Source: Nakamurella deserti (GTDB lineage: Bacteria; Actinomycetota; Actinomycetes; Mycobacteriales; Nakamurellaceae). Taken from it: a stretch of DNA of 32,000 bases. How positions within the stretch are numbered: position 1 is the first letter of the stretch; the number at the start of each line of letters is the position of its first letter. Shown one piece after another: positions 1 to 10,423 of this stretch. Location of the stretch: NCBI RefSeq assembly GCF_003260015.1, contig NZ_QCXS01000003.1, positions 206,315 to 238,314 on the forward strand, read 5' to 3'. The notes under the pieces were generated by a model that searched no databases, was not told the origin of the DNA, and saw only the letters and a list, made by a program, of their open reading frames with translations. The position numbers were made by a program, and so were the translations under genes.

Positions 1-163
1 GCGCCTCGCCCCGGTTCTCGGCGGCCCAGCCGAGGGCGGCGAGCTCCGCGCACGCCCGATGGGCGACCGTCGACCGCTCCCCCACCGACCAGGACGACAA
101 CGGCCGGGCCCGCAGTCTCCCGAAGAACGCGGAGTACAGCGGGCCCGGCCGGTGATCGGTCAT
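1..163 (-). CDS. hypothetical protein, N-terminal part only (gene runs off the left edge)
   Basis: ATG at 163..161 (MTDHRPGPLYSAFFGRLRARPLSSWSVGERSTVAHRACAELAALGWAAENRGEA) stays open to position 1. About 94% G/C at third codon positions by hand count. No family recognised. Absent from the ORF track only because it is under 60 aa within the window. Confidence 0.4.
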   Translation of the reverse strand, partial: MTDHRPGPLYSAFFGRLRARPLSSWSVGERSTVAHRACAELAALGWAAENRGEA

Positions 164-191
164 GGCAGGCAGGCTAGCGGCCTGCCGGGGG

Positions 192-1010
192 TCAGTCCTG
201 ACGCAGGTACGACAGGAGACGCAAGATCTCCAGGTACAGCCAGACCAGGGTGACCATCAGGCCGAAGGCGTAGTACCAGGCCGTGTTGGCCGGGGCACCG
301 TCCTTGACGGCCCGCTCGATCTGGTCGAAGTCGAGCAGGAAGCTCAGGGCCGCGACCACGATAATGACCAGCGAGATGACGATCGACAGCGGGCCACCGC
401 TGCGGATCCCCATGTCGAAGCCGAACAGGGACGCGACCAGGTTGACCAGCAGCAGGCCGACGATGCCGATCATGGCGCCGATGATCATTTTGGTGAACTT
501 CGGGGTGACCCGGATGGCGCCGGTCTTGTAGACGACCAGCATGCCGACGAAGACGCTCATGGTGCCGGCGAGGGCCTGCAGGCCGATGCCTTCGTACTGC
601 GGGATGCTCTCGAACAGGCCGGTGATCGCGCCGAGCAGGATGCCTTCGGCGATCGAGTAGGCCAGGATCAGCCCGGGGTTGGACGAGCGCTTGAAGATGA
701 TGACCATCGACAGCACGAAACCGACGAGCAGCGCCGGGATCATCAGACCGTAGGTGTTCACGGTCCCGGAGTTCTGCAGCCAGATCGTGGCCAGGGCGGC
801 GATGATCGCCACGCCGAGGACGGTGGCCGTCTTGGCGATGACGTCGTCGACCGTGAGGTAGCGCCGGCCGGCGGTGGCCGGCGGTGTGTAGGACGGCTGG
901 TTGTACATGTCCTGCAGCGCGGACGCGGTCGGCGCGGCGTTCTGCTGGGCCTGCACGATGGCGTCGACGTTCTTGAACGCCGGATTGCTGCTGGTGCGGG
1001 GCTTCTGCAC
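192..1010 (-). CDS. Bax inhibitor-1/YccA family integral membrane protein
   Basis: ORF 192..1127 (-). The N-terminal SSNPAFKN motif, a Pro/Gln-rich linker and about 7 hydrophobic helices (..LILAYSIAEGILLGAITGLF.., ..SFLLDFDQIER..) are typical of actinobacterial BI-1/YccA proteins. Start set to GTG 1010 because GGAG lies 6 nt upstream (ggagccaaccGTG). ATG 1127 is the longest alternative. Confidence 0.8.
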   Translation of the reverse strand: MQKPRTSSNPAFKNVDAIVQAQQNAAPTASALQDMYNQPSYTPPATAGRRYLTVDDVIAKTATVLGVAIIAALATIWLQNSGTVNTYGLMIPALLVGFVLSMVIIFKRSSNPGLILAYSIAEGILLGAITGLFESIPQYEGIGLQALAGTMSVFVGMLVVYKTGAIRVTPKFTKMIIGAMIGIVGLLLVNLVASLFGFDMGIRSGGPLSIVISLVIIVVAALSFLLDFDQIERAVKDGAPANTAWYYAFGLMVTLVWLYLEILRLLSYLRQD

Positions 1011-1338
1011 GGTTGGCTCCTGGGAGTGCGGGACGTTCTGTGTGACTGCGTGGGGAATGGTGGCTCTCGGTGCCGATCGTAGTGACCGACCGTGTCCCCG
1101 ACCGAGCCATCTCGGTAAAGAACACATAAAAGTTGCTTCTCATTCCCTGTGGGGACAACGCGCGGCCGGGGCGGGGAGTTCCCCGGCGCGGCGTGCGACA
1201 CGGGATCGCCGACCGGTTTCGCCATCACGGGCCCGGGCCGCGGGAGGGGCCGATAGGCTACCGCCGAGCTGCCGCGCCCCCGTGTGCCGCGGCGACGGGC
1301 ACGCGTGACGACCGGAGTCGTCGACCGGGAGGTTCACT

Positions 1339-2256
1339 GTGGACGAGACGACGCAGCGGCGGATGCGGCACCGGTCCCGGTGGGCCGCAGGTGCGCTGGC
1401 GGTGGGACTGGTCGTCCTCGTGGGCTGCGCGACGACGATCGACGGCCGGGCGGTGGCGGGCGGGACCGCGCCGACGACCTCCGCCGCTTCCACCGGGACC
1501 GGCGACCCCGGTACGTCCGGCACCGGTGACCCCTCGGACGCGACGGACCCGTCGGACACCTCCGACGCCTCCGATGCGTCGGACCCGACCTCGACGGACG
1601 CCACCGGCTCCACGGGTTCGACGGGGTCCACCGCGAGCTCGACGGGTGGTTCTTCGTCGTCCACGTCGTCCACCGCCGGTCCGACCTCCGACGACGACGA
1701 CCCGACGACCGGCACCAGTACGTCGTCGACCACCACCCCCACCGACTCGACCACCTTCACCGGCAACCCGGACAACCTGCCGCTGACCCCGGCGGGCACC
1801 GCGCTGACCTACGGTCAGTCGGCGCTGCTGCCGGTGTCCTACGCCGACGCCCAGGCCGTGGTCGAGGTCAGCGGGTTGACGGTGACCAAGGGCAGTGAGG
1901 CCGACTGGGCGACGCTGGGGATGGACGTCTCGGATGCGCAGGGCGAGGAGCCCTGGTACCTGCGGATGACCCTGACCCAGAAGTCGGAGGGCGACCTCAC
2001 CTACACGTCGTTCCAGGACGATCTGTGGGCCTACTCCGCGGACGACGACTACATCCTCACCGCCTACCCCGACGACGACGCGAACGCCCTGTGCCCCCTC
2101 AGCTACGCCCCCGAGGACTTCGGCGTGGGGAAGAGCTACGACGCCTGCGTGGTGCTGTCGGTCAACATCGGCGAGACCGTGGACCGCATCCAGTTCGAGG
2201 GCGGCTTCGAGCCCGACGACCCCTACGTGGAGAACCCGGTGGTCTGGAAGGGCTGA
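1339..2256 (+). CDS. secreted lipoprotein with Ser/Thr/Asp/Gly-rich linker and an unassigned C-terminal domain
   Basis: GTG 1339 is preceded by GGGAGG 6 nt upstream. Signal peptide with lipobox (..AVGLVVLVGC|ATT). About 110 aa of low-complexity TSDASDASDPTSTDATGSTGSTGST linker, then a globular ~165 aa domain with two Cys. High GC3. Confidence 0.7.
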   Translation: MDETTQRRMRHRSRWAAGALAVGLVVLVGCATTIDGRAVAGGTAPTTSAASTGTGDPGTSGTGDPSDATDPSDTSDASDASDPTSTDATGSTGSTGSTASSTGGSSSSTSSTAGPTSDDDDPTTGTSTSSTTTPTDSTTFTGNPDNLPLTPAGTALTYGQSALLPVSYADAQAVVEVSGLTVTKGSEADWATLGMDVSDAQGEEPWYLRMTLTQKSEGDLTYTSFQDDLWAYSADDDYILTAYPDDDANALCPLSYAPEDFGVGKSYDACVVLSVNIGETVDRIQFEGGFEPDDPYVENPVVWKG

Positions 2257-2293
2257 CCGGCCGACAGCTCCGCGCTGAGGCTCCGCGGCTCGG

Positions 2294-2367
2294 TGCCCCC
2301 GGTCGGACTCGAACCGACACTGCGACGATTTTAAGTCGCCTTCCTCTGCCGATTGGGATACGGGGGC
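2294..2367 (-). tRNA. tRNA with anticodon UAA (nominally Leu, reads UUA/UUG) but a class I (short variable loop) architecture
   Basis: Hand-folded cloverleaf on the minus strand: GCCCCCG-TA-TCCC-AATCGGCAG-AGGA-A-GGCGA-CTTAAAA-TCGTC-GCAGT-GTCGG-TTCGAGT-CCGAC-CGGGGGC-A. It has a 7-bp acceptor stem, a 5-bp anticodon stem (one G.T), a 5-bp T stem with a TTCGAGT loop, G18G19 in the D loop, U33, A36A37A38 and discriminator A73. CCA is not fully encoded (ACCG). Confidence 0.75.
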
Positions 2368-2398
2368 CGCACGGCCGGTCCAGCCTAGGCCGTCCCGG

Positions 2399-3352
2399 TC
2401 AGAGCGCCAGCGACAGCGCCAGTCCGTCGAGGATGTCGTGCTCGGAGACGGTGATCCGCTCCAGCGGCACCCGGCGGGCGATCTGGCGGACCAGGACGTC
2501 CAGGATCAGCGCGCCCGCACCGATGACGTCGACGCGGCCCGGGTACATGTAGCCCAACGCCCCGCGGTGTGCGGTGGTCGCGCCCAGGAAGAACGACGCC
2601 GCGTCGGCCACCTGGCCGGTCCCGATCCTCGACAGGTGGATGCGCGCCGGGTCGTAGCCGGGCAGCCGCATCGCCGCGGCGGCCACCGTCGTCGCCGTCC
2701 CGGACACCGCGACGGCCGTCCGGACGCGCGACACCGGCAGGCCGTCGAGCGCGTCGGACACGGTGCCGGTGATGAGCCTGCGGGCCTGCGCGACCTCGGC
2801 CGGGGTCGGCGGGTCGCCGTGCAGGATGCGCTCGGTGAGCCGGACGCTGCCCAGGTCCACGCTGACCGCGCCGGCCAGGGTGACCTCGCCGTGCCGGTCG
2901 GCGGTGCCGATGACGATCTCGGTGGAGCCGCCGCCGATGTCGGTGACGAGGAACGGACCGTCGGCGGGGTCGAGGTCACCGACGGCCCCGCGGAACGACA
3001 GCTCCGCCTCCTCCTCGCCGGTGATGACCTCCGGCGGCTGTCCCAGGGTCGAGGTCACGAGGTCGACGAACTGCTGCCGGTTGGTCGCGTCGCGGGTCGC
3101 CGAGGTGGCGGCCATCCGCACCCGGGTCGCCCCGGACGACCGCAGGATCGCGGTGTAGTCCGACAGCGCCGCCCAGGTGCGGTCCAGCGCCCCGGGCTGG
3201 ATGAGCCCCGTCCGGTCCACGCTCTCCCCCAGACGCACGACGCGCATCTCCCGGTGCACGTCGACCAGGGTGATTCCCCGCGGGGTGGCGGTCAGGTCGG
3301 CCACCAGCAGCCGGATGGTGTTGGTGCCGCAGTCGATGGCGGCGACCCTCAC
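2399..3352 (-). CDS. ppx: Ppx/GppA family exopolyphosphatase/phosphatase
   Basis: ASKHA-fold motifs VAAIDCGTNTIRLLVADL and VTDIGGGSTEIV. Start set to GTG 3352, which overlaps the upstream stop as GTGA. The 460-aa track ORF (to 3781) is an in-frame extension over the DUF501 gene. Synteny matches Rv1026. Confidence 0.9.
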   Translation of the reverse strand: MRVAAIDCGTNTIRLLVADLTATPRGITLVDVHREMRVVRLGESVDRTGLIQPGALDRTWAALSDYTAILRSSGATRVRMAATSATRDATNRQQFVDLVTSTLGQPPEVITGEEEAELSFRGAVGDLDPADGPFLVTDIGGGSTEIVIGTADRHGEVTLAGAVSVDLGSVRLTERILHGDPPTPAEVAQARRLITGTVSDALDGLPVSRVRTAVAVSGTATTVAAAAMRLPGYDPARIHLSRIGTGQVADAASFFLGATTAHRGALGYMYPGRVDVIGAGALILDVLVRQIARRVPLERITVSEHDILDGLALSLAL

Positions 3353-3897
3353 CCGGCGTCCTCCGCCGGCTCCGCCGGGTCGGTGGCCGGGACGCACGGC
3401 GTCCCGCGGCTGTACTGCGGCAGCAGGGCGATGGCCTCGTCCCCCAGCGGGTTGACGCCCGGGCCGGCGGCGAGCGCGTGCGCGACGAGGACGTGCAGGC
3501 ACTTGACCCGGGTGGGCATCCCGCCCGCGGTGACCTCGATCCCCAGGTCCTCGAGGGCGTTGCGTTCGGCCAGGTAGGCGTCGTGCGCGGCCCGGTACCC
3601 GACGGCCAGCTCCGGGTCGTCGGCGAGCCGGTCGGTCATGCCGGCCATCACGCCCTCGCCCTCCATCCGGCCGACGGTGGAGTTGAGCACCGAGCAGCAC
3701 AGGTAGTACAGCGTCGGGAACGGCGAGCCGTCGGGCAACCGGGGGGCGGTCTGCACCACCGCGGGGACGTCGTGCGCGCACCGGTAGGCGACGGCCCGCA
3801 ACCCACGGGGTGGCCGGCCGAGTTCGGCGGTCAGGGCGGCGATGTCGGCGTCGGTGGGGGGCGTGAGCTGCCGCCCGAAGACGGACGTGCCGGTCAT
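3349..3897 (-). CDS. DUF501 domain-containing protein (Rv1025-like)
   Basis: MTGTSVFGRQLTPPTDADIAALT... with the PFPTLYYLCC and VKCLHVLVAH motifs characteristic of DUF501. ATG 3897 overlaps the upstream stop as ATGA. Conserved position between the ftsB-like gene and ppx. Confidence 0.8.
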   Translation of the reverse strand: MTGTSVFGRQLTPPTDADIAALTAELGRPPRGLRAVAYRCAHDVPAVVQTAPRLPDGSPFPTLYYLCCSVLNSTVGRMEGEGVMAGMTDRLADDPELAVGYRAAHDAYLAERNALEDLGIEVTAGGMPTRVKCLHVLVAHALAAGPGVNPLGDEAIALLPQYSRGTPCVPATDPAEPAEDAG

Positions 3898-4487
3898 CCG
3901 GTGGGCCCGGTCGTGGCCGGCGTCAGCACACCGGGATCGACGGCGGTTCCGGGCGGGTGGGACAGCGTGTCCCACAGCGTGGCGTACCACGGGCCGCCGG
4001 GAGCGGTCGGCGCGGTCTCGGTCGCGTCGGCCGGCGTGAGGTCCGGGGCCTGCACGACGTAGACGGTGTCGCCGGGTCTGACGTACTGCAGCCGGCGCTT
4101 CGCCTCCGCCGCGATGAAGTTCGGGTCGGCCAGGGCGGCCTGCTGGATCTGCAGTTCGGCGATGCGCTGATCGAGGTCGTGCTGCCGTTCGACGGCGGCG
4201 GCGAGGTCGGCGCGCTGCGCGAGGTACGTGCGCAGCGGGTAGGCCAGCGACAGCGCGACGACGGCGAGGACCATGCCGAGGACGGCGATCTGCCGGGTCA
4301 GCCGGGAGCCGGCGAAGCGGCTGCCGGCGGTGGCCGGCTCGGTCCCGGTCGTGGCGGTGGTGGTGCGGGTGCGCCGCCCGGGGCCGGTCGTGGGTGGACC
4401 GGACCGGGTGGAGCGCCGCCCGCGGGGCACCCCCGCCCGGTCGGGGCGGGAGGTGCGGCGCGGGCGGCGACTCGACGGTGACGTCAT
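3894..4487 (-). CDS. septum formation initiator (FtsB/DivIC) family protein
   Basis: Basic, disordered N-terminus, a single TM helix (IAVLGMVLAVVALSLAY), then a coiled coil (LAQRADLAAAVERQHDLDQRIAELQIQQAAL) and the ADPNFIAAEAKRRLQYVRPGD motif. Sits directly downstream of eno, as Rv1024 does. Confidence 0.8.
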   Translation of the reverse strand: MTSPSSRRPRRTSRPDRAGVPRGRRSTRSGPPTTGPGRRTRTTTATTGTEPATAGSRFAGSRLTRQIAVLGMVLAVVALSLAYPLRTYLAQRADLAAAVERQHDLDQRIAELQIQQAALADPNFIAAEAKRRLQYVRPGDTVYVVQAPDLTPADATETAPTAPGGPWYATLWDTLSHPPGTAVDPGVLTPATTGPTG

Positions 4488-4539
4488 GCTGCGGTGGTTC
4501 TGCTTCCGGTTCCGTACTGCGGGGCCATGCGGGTGGAGC

Positions 4540-5862
<1,323 letters not shown>

Positions 5863-6253
5863 TCAGCTTTTCACGGACGACGGCAGCGGGCTCGCGGAGC
5901 GGCGCGAGCGGCACGGGTCCGGCCGAGGCCGGGTCCGGCGGGCACCGCGCCGAGCCCCGGGACAGCCTAGCCACCGCTTCCCGGCGCACCCGCCGGGACG
6001 CGCACTGTTCACCGGCCGACCACCCGGGCGTTTCCGTCGCCCGCCGGACCGCGACGGAGCCCACCGGAGCGGTCCGCCGGCGGCGGACCGGGACACCGGA
6101 TCGGCGTCCGGTCGGCGGGCCGCGGACCCGCTCGCCGCGCCGGTGCGGCCAGGGTGGGACCGCCACACCGTGCGGTAGCGTGACGCGGCGTCAGTACCGA
6201 CGAGCAGCTCCCGGTGCGACATCTCCCCTCGAGCACGAACCCCCGGAGAACCC

Positions 6254-7471
6254 GTGACGTCTGGTGCCGACCCCGCACCGTCCCCGGAGCCGCCGGGTGG
6301 GGACGGCCAGGCGCCGCGCCGGGCCTTCCCGGGTTCGGTGGGCGGGCCGCCTCCCCTGGGTCCACCGCGGGTGGCGGTGTGGCGGGACGAGTGGCTGGCG
6401 ACGTCGGAGACGTTCATCGCCAACCAGATCGGCGCGACCCACCGCTGGAAGCCGGTGCCCGCCGGCCTGCGCGTGATCCCGGACGGGCTGCCCCTGCGAC
6501 CGGCCCGCGTCCTGGGTGACCGCATCTCGGCCCGGATCGCCCACCAGATCGACGCGGAACTGGCCCTGCGGTTGTTCTACGACAGCGTGCTGCGCCGGGA
6601 GCCGGTGCAGGTCGTGCACGCGCACTTCGGCCCGGACGCCGTCACGGTGCTGCCGCTGGCTCGTCGCCTCGGACTTCCGCTGGTCGTCACCTTCCACGGC
6701 TTCGACGTGACCAGCGCTCCCGCGGAGACCGGTGGCGCGGGCCGCCGGTACGTCGACCGGCTGCGCGAGGTGTTCGACTACGCCGACACCCTCATCGCCG
6801 TCTCGCGCTTCATCGCCGGGCGGCTGCGCGACCTCGGCGCGCCGTCCCACAAGATCGTGGTCGCCCCCATCGGCATCCCGGTGCAGCCCGGGACCCACGA
6901 CGACCAGGCACGGTGCGGCGTCAGTTTCGTCGGGCGGCTCGTGCCGAAGAAGGGCGTGTCGGACCTGATCGACGGACTGGCCGGGGTGCCCCGCGAGCTG
7001 CTCGACGGGCAGCCGATCCGGGTCATCGGGTACGGGCCCGACGAGACCGCGCTGCGCGACCGGGCCCGCCGGGCCGGCCTGCCGGTGGAGTTCCTCGGCA
7101 AGCGGGACCCCGCGTTCATCGCCGACACGCTCGCCCGCAGCCGGATCTTCTGCGGGCCGTCCCGCACGGCCGCCAACGGCGATTCCGAGGGTTTCGGGAT
7201 GGTCTACCTGGAGGCGGCGCTGCAGGCCGTCCCGGTCGTGGCCTACCGGCACGGCGGGGTTCCGGAGGCCGTGGCCGACGGCGAGACCGGGCTGTTGGTA
7301 CCGGAGGGCGACGTCGCGGCCCTCACCGCCTGCCTCACCCGGCTGCTGGTCGACGCCGACGCCGCCGCGGCGATGGGCGCCGCGGGTCGCCGGCGGGTGC
7401 TCGAGGAGTTCGACATCGAGCGGCGCACGCTGCGCCTCGAGGAGATCTACGACCGAGCGGTCGGCCGCTGA
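6254..7471 (+). CDS. GT4-family (GT-B fold) glycosyltransferase
   Basis: C-terminal half carries the GT4 signature (FVGRLVPKKG..., EGFGMVYLEAALQAVPVVAYRHGGVPEAVADGETGLLVPEGD). The start is uncertain: GTG 6254 is the longest, and GTG 6371 (VAVWRDEW...) would remove a Pro/Gly-rich 39-aa extension. Confidence 0.85.
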   Translation: MTSGADPAPSPEPPGGDGQAPRRAFPGSVGGPPPLGPPRVAVWRDEWLATSETFIANQIGATHRWKPVPAGLRVIPDGLPLRPARVLGDRISARIAHQIDAELALRLFYDSVLRREPVQVVHAHFGPDAVTVLPLARRLGLPLVVTFHGFDVTSAPAETGGAGRRYVDRLREVFDYADTLIAVSRFIAGRLRDLGAPSHKIVVAPIGIPVQPGTHDDQARCGVSFVGRLVPKKGVSDLIDGLAGVPRELLDGQPIRVIGYGPDETALRDRARRAGLPVEFLGKRDPAFIADTLARSRIFCGPSRTAANGDSEGFGMVYLEAALQAVPVVAYRHGGVPEAVADGETGLLVPEGDVAALTACLTRLLVDADAAAAMGAAGRRRVLEEFDIERRTLRLEEIYDRAVGR

Positions 7472-7479
7472 CCGACCCG

Positions 7480-7640
7480 GTCGGACACCGTACGTCCGGA
7501 CGGCCCCCCGGGCGACCAGGACCGGCGCCCGGAGCGGGGAGTCGGACACCGGGCTCCCGGACGGACCCCGGGCGGCCAGGACCGGCGCCCGGAGCGAGAA
7601 GTCGGACACCGGGCGCCCGGACCGACCCCGACGGCCCCGG
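7480..7640. repeat. 60-bp imperfect tandem repeat, about 2.6 copies, in a convergent intergenic region
   Basis: Units start at 7480/7481, 7541 and 7601 (gtcggacaccg..ccggacgg.ccccgggcg.ccaggaccggcgcccggagcg.g.a). Units 1 and 2 differ at about 10 positions including one indel; unit 3 is truncated. Confidence 0.8.
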
Positions 7641-7689
7641 TCAGGTCCGCACCGCGACCGATCCGGACGACCGTGCCGGCCGGCCGAGC

Positions 7690-7716
7690 GGGGCGCCTCG
7701 AACGTGCCGGCGCCCC
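7690..7716 (-). terminator. GC hairpin just downstream of the fbiC stop
   Basis: ggggcgcc (7690..7697) pairs with ggcgcccc (7709..7716): 8-bp stem, 11-nt loop, 7 nt past the fbiC stop codon. No U-tract, which is common in actinobacteria. Confidence 0.35.
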
Positions 7717-7723
7717 GTCCGCG

Positions 7724-10423
7724 TCAGCCGACCGTCACCGGGTCCGGCCGCCGCCCGAGGGTGAGCGGGGTGGGTCCGGCGGGGGCGGCGCCGCCGGTGC
7801 CGCAGCCCGCGGTGGCCGGGGCGTTCTCCAGCCCGGCGAACGACCGGGCCAGCGCGGCCCGTTCGGGGTCGGCGCGGCCGTAGGTGGTGGTGCGTTGGAC
7901 GGCGGGCCGGCCGATCGGGGCGCAGATGTCCTCGAGTTGCGGCACGGTCAGGTACGAGCCGAACTGGGAACCGGCCATCCGCGAGATGGTCTCCTCCATC
8001 AGGGTGCCGCCCAGGTCGTTGACGCCGCCCTGCAGCATCACCCGGGTGCCCTCGGGGCCGAGCTTGACCCACGACGTCTGGATGTTGTCGATCGAGCCGT
8101 GCAGCATCAGCCGGGCCACGGCGTGCACCGCGCGGCTCTGGTCGAACGTCGCCCCGGCCCGGGCCAGCCCGGCGAGGTAGATCGGCGCGTTGGTGTGGAT
8201 GAACGGCAACGGCACGAACTCGGTGAAACCGCCGGTCCGGGACTGGATCTCCCGCAGCAGCGCGAGGTGGGCCACCCAGTGCCGCGGGGTGTCCACGTGC
8301 CCGTACATCATCGTCGACGAGCTGCGGATACCGAGCTCGTGCGCGGTGGTGACGACCTCGATCCAGGCCGCGGTCGGCAGCTTGCCCTTGGTCAGCACCC
8401 ACCGCACCTCGTCGTCGAGGATCTCCGCCGCCGTACCCGGGATCGACCCCAGCCCGGAGGCCTTCGCCTCGGCCAGCCACTCCCGGATGGACAGGTCGGC
8501 GCGGGTCGCCCCGTTGACCACCTCCATCGGCGAGAACGCGTGCACGTGCATGTCCGGGACCCGCGCACGGATCGCCCGCAGCAGGTCGAAGTAGGCGGTG
8601 CCGGGCAGGTCCGGGTGGATACCGCCCTGCATGCACACCTCGGTCGCCCCGAGGTCCCAGGCGACCGCGGCCCGCTGGGCCACCTCGTCCACCGACAGGG
8701 TGTAGGCGTCGGCGTCCCCGCGGCGCTGCGCGAAGGCACAGAACCGGCAGCCGGTGTAACAGACGTTGGTGAAGTTGATGTTCCGGTTCACCACGTAGCT
8801 GACGTCGGGGCCGTTGACGTCGGCCCGGACGGCGTCGGCCAGCGCGCACACCGCGTCCAGGTCGGCGCCGGTGGCGGTGATCAGCGCCAGCGCCTGCGAA
8901 TCGGAGAGCCGGGAGGGGTTGTCCGCGGCCACCCGGAGGGCGGCGGCCACCTCCGAGCCCAGCCGCTCCGGCATCGACGAGTCACTGGCGGCCAACCGTT
9001 CCCGCAGCGCGTCCCAGTCGCCGTACACGTCGGAGAAGTCCGACCGGCGGTCCTCGGAACGCCCGGTGTGGTCGATGTCGGTGTGCAGGTCGGTGCGGCC
9101 GCTGGACTCGATGCCCGACTCCGGCTCCTGCCACGGCAGGCCCTGCGGAATGACATCGGCGCGGGCCAGCCCGGTCTCGGGGTCGGCGAGCGCGTCCACG
9201 TGCGCTCGCAACCGCGGATCCAGCCACGGCTCCCCCGCGGTCACGTACTCGGGGTAGATCGTCAGCCGTTCCTTCAACTCGAAACCGGCGGCCGCGGTAC
9301 GCGCCGCCAGATCGTCGATCTGTGGCCACGGCCGCTCCGGGTTCACGTGGTCCGGGGTCAGCGGCGACACCCCACCCCAGTCGTCGATGCCCGCTCCGAT
9401 CACCCGGGTGAAGACCTCGTCGCCCTCGCCGATGAGGTTCGGCGGTGCCTGGATCCGCACCGACGGACCGAGCACCAGCCGAGCCACCGCGACAGTGGCG
9501 ATCAGCTCGTCGATCTCGGCGTCGGGCATCCGGGCCATCGCGGTGTCGGGCTTGGCCCGGAAGTTCTGGACGATGACCTCCTGGACGCCCCGGTAGGCGC
9601 GGGCGACCTGCCGGATCGCAAAGATCGACTCGACCCGGTCCGACAGCGTCTCACCGATCCCGATGAGGATGCCGGTGGTGAACGGCACCGACGAGCGGCC
9701 CGCGTCCTCCAGCACCCGCAGCCGCACCGCCGGGTCCTTGTCCGGCGAACCGTAGTGGGCGCCGGACTTCTCGGTGAACAGGGCACGGGACGTGGTCTCC
9801 AGCATCATCCCCATCGACGGGGCGACCGGCTTCAACCGGGCCAGCTCCTGCCAGCTCATCACCCCCGGGTTGAGGTGCGGCAGCATGCCGGTGGCCTCCA
9901 GCACCCGGATCGACATGGCCCGGACGTAGTCCAGGGTGGTGGCGTACCCGGCCTCCTCCAGCCAGTCCGCCGCCGCCGTCCACCGCTCCTCCGGCCGGTC
10001 CCCGAGGGTGAACAGCACCTCCTTGCAGCCCATCGCCCGGCCGGCCTCGGCGATCGCCACCACCTCGTCCGGCGACAGGAACGGCGCCGGCACCCGACCG
10101 GGGGTGGTCACGAACGTGCAGTAGTGGCAGCGGTCCCGGCACAGCCGCGTCAGCGGGATGAACACCTTCTTCGAGTAGGTGATCACCCCCGGGCGGCCGG
10201 CGGCCAGCAGCCCGGAGTCACGCACCCGCGCGGCCGAGGCAGAGAGTGCGTCCAGGTCCGAGCCGCGGGCCTGCAGCAGGATCGACGCCTCGGTCTGGTC
10301 GAGGGTGGCGCCGTCGGCGGCCCGGCGCAGCGCGCGCCGCAGCGACGACGGCGACGCGGCCGGGGCGTCGCCCAGCCGGACCGGGCCGTACCTCGGGTCC
10401 AGACCCAGATCGAGATCGGTCAT
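7724..10423 (-). CDS. fbiC: FO synthase (7,8-didemethyl-8-hydroxy-5-deazariboflavin synthase), fused CofG/CofH
   Basis: 899 aa with two radical-SAM CxxxCxxC sites ([10 protein letters not shown] and [10 protein letters not shown]). Colinear with mycobacterial FbiC. ATG 10423..10421 shares one base with the fgd stop (cTGATG). The 1236-aa track ORF is an upstream in-frame extension. Confidence 0.95.
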   Translation of the reverse strand: MTDLDLGLDPRYGPVRLGDAPAASPSSLRRALRRAADGATLDQTEASILLQARGSDLDALSASAARVRDSGLLAAGRPGVITYSKKVFIPLTRLCRDRCHYCTFVTTPGRVPAPFLSPDEVVAIAEAGRAMGCKEVLFTLGDRPEERWTAAADWLEEAGYATTLDYVRAMSIRVLEATGMLPHLNPGVMSWQELARLKPVAPSMGMMLETTSRALFTEKSGAHYGSPDKDPAVRLRVLEDAGRSSVPFTTGILIGIGETLSDRVESIFAIRQVARAYRGVQEVIVQNFRAKPDTAMARMPDAEIDELIATVAVARLVLGPSVRIQAPPNLIGEGDEVFTRVIGAGIDDWGGVSPLTPDHVNPERPWPQIDDLAARTAAAGFELKERLTIYPEYVTAGEPWLDPRLRAHVDALADPETGLARADVIPQGLPWQEPESGIESSGRTDLHTDIDHTGRSEDRRSDFSDVYGDWDALRERLAASDSSMPERLGSEVAAALRVAADNPSRLSDSQALALITATGADLDAVCALADAVRADVNGPDVSYVVNRNINFTNVCYTGCRFCAFAQRRGDADAYTLSVDEVAQRAAVAWDLGATEVCMQGGIHPDLPGTAYFDLLRAIRARVPDMHVHAFSPMEVVNGATRADLSIREWLAEAKASGLGSIPGTAAEILDDEVRWVLTKGKLPTAAWIEVVTTAHELGIRSSSTMMYGHVDTPRHWVAHLALLREIQSRTGGFTEFVPLPFIHTNAPIYLAGLARAGATFDQSRAVHAVARLMLHGSIDNIQTSWVKLGPEGTRVMLQGGVNDLGGTLMEETISRMAGSQFGSYLTVPQLEDICAPIGRPAVQRTTTYGRADPERAALARSFAGLENAPATAGCGTGGAAPAGPTPLTLGRRPDPVTVG

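Noticed and set aside
2327-2340. Alternative fold of the tRNA anticodon arm with an 8-nt loop (stem GCGAC/GTCGC, loop TTAAAATC), suggesting a quadruplet-decoding tRNA
   Set aside because: It would leave a 3-nt variable loop and a 3-nt 26-region, which is incompatible with a normal L-shape. The canonical 7-nt loop fold, with one G.T pair, explains the sequence more simply.
2257-2398. The tRNA as an integration hotspot or edge of a genomic island
   Set aside because: There is no integrase or recombinase, no direct repeat of the tRNA 3' end, and the flanking genes are conserved core genes (the ppx operon and a lipoprotein).
2399-3781. 460-aa version of the Ppx/GppA gene. Similar over-long versions occur at 11573..14353, 13660..15516 and 18379..19293.
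   Set aside because: In each case the conserved domain begins at an internal start that has an RBS or overlaps the upstream stop (GTGA/ATGA). The extension overlaps the well-supported upstream gene.
5863-6213. Possible 117-aa basic protein (MSHRELLVGTDAASRYRTVW...) upstream of eno on the minus strand
   Set aside because: About 22% Arg, GC3 only about 83% by hand count, the SD-like GGGGAG abuts the ATG with no spacing, and there are no motifs. It is more likely noncoding sequence in the eno/glycosyltransferase divergent promoter region.
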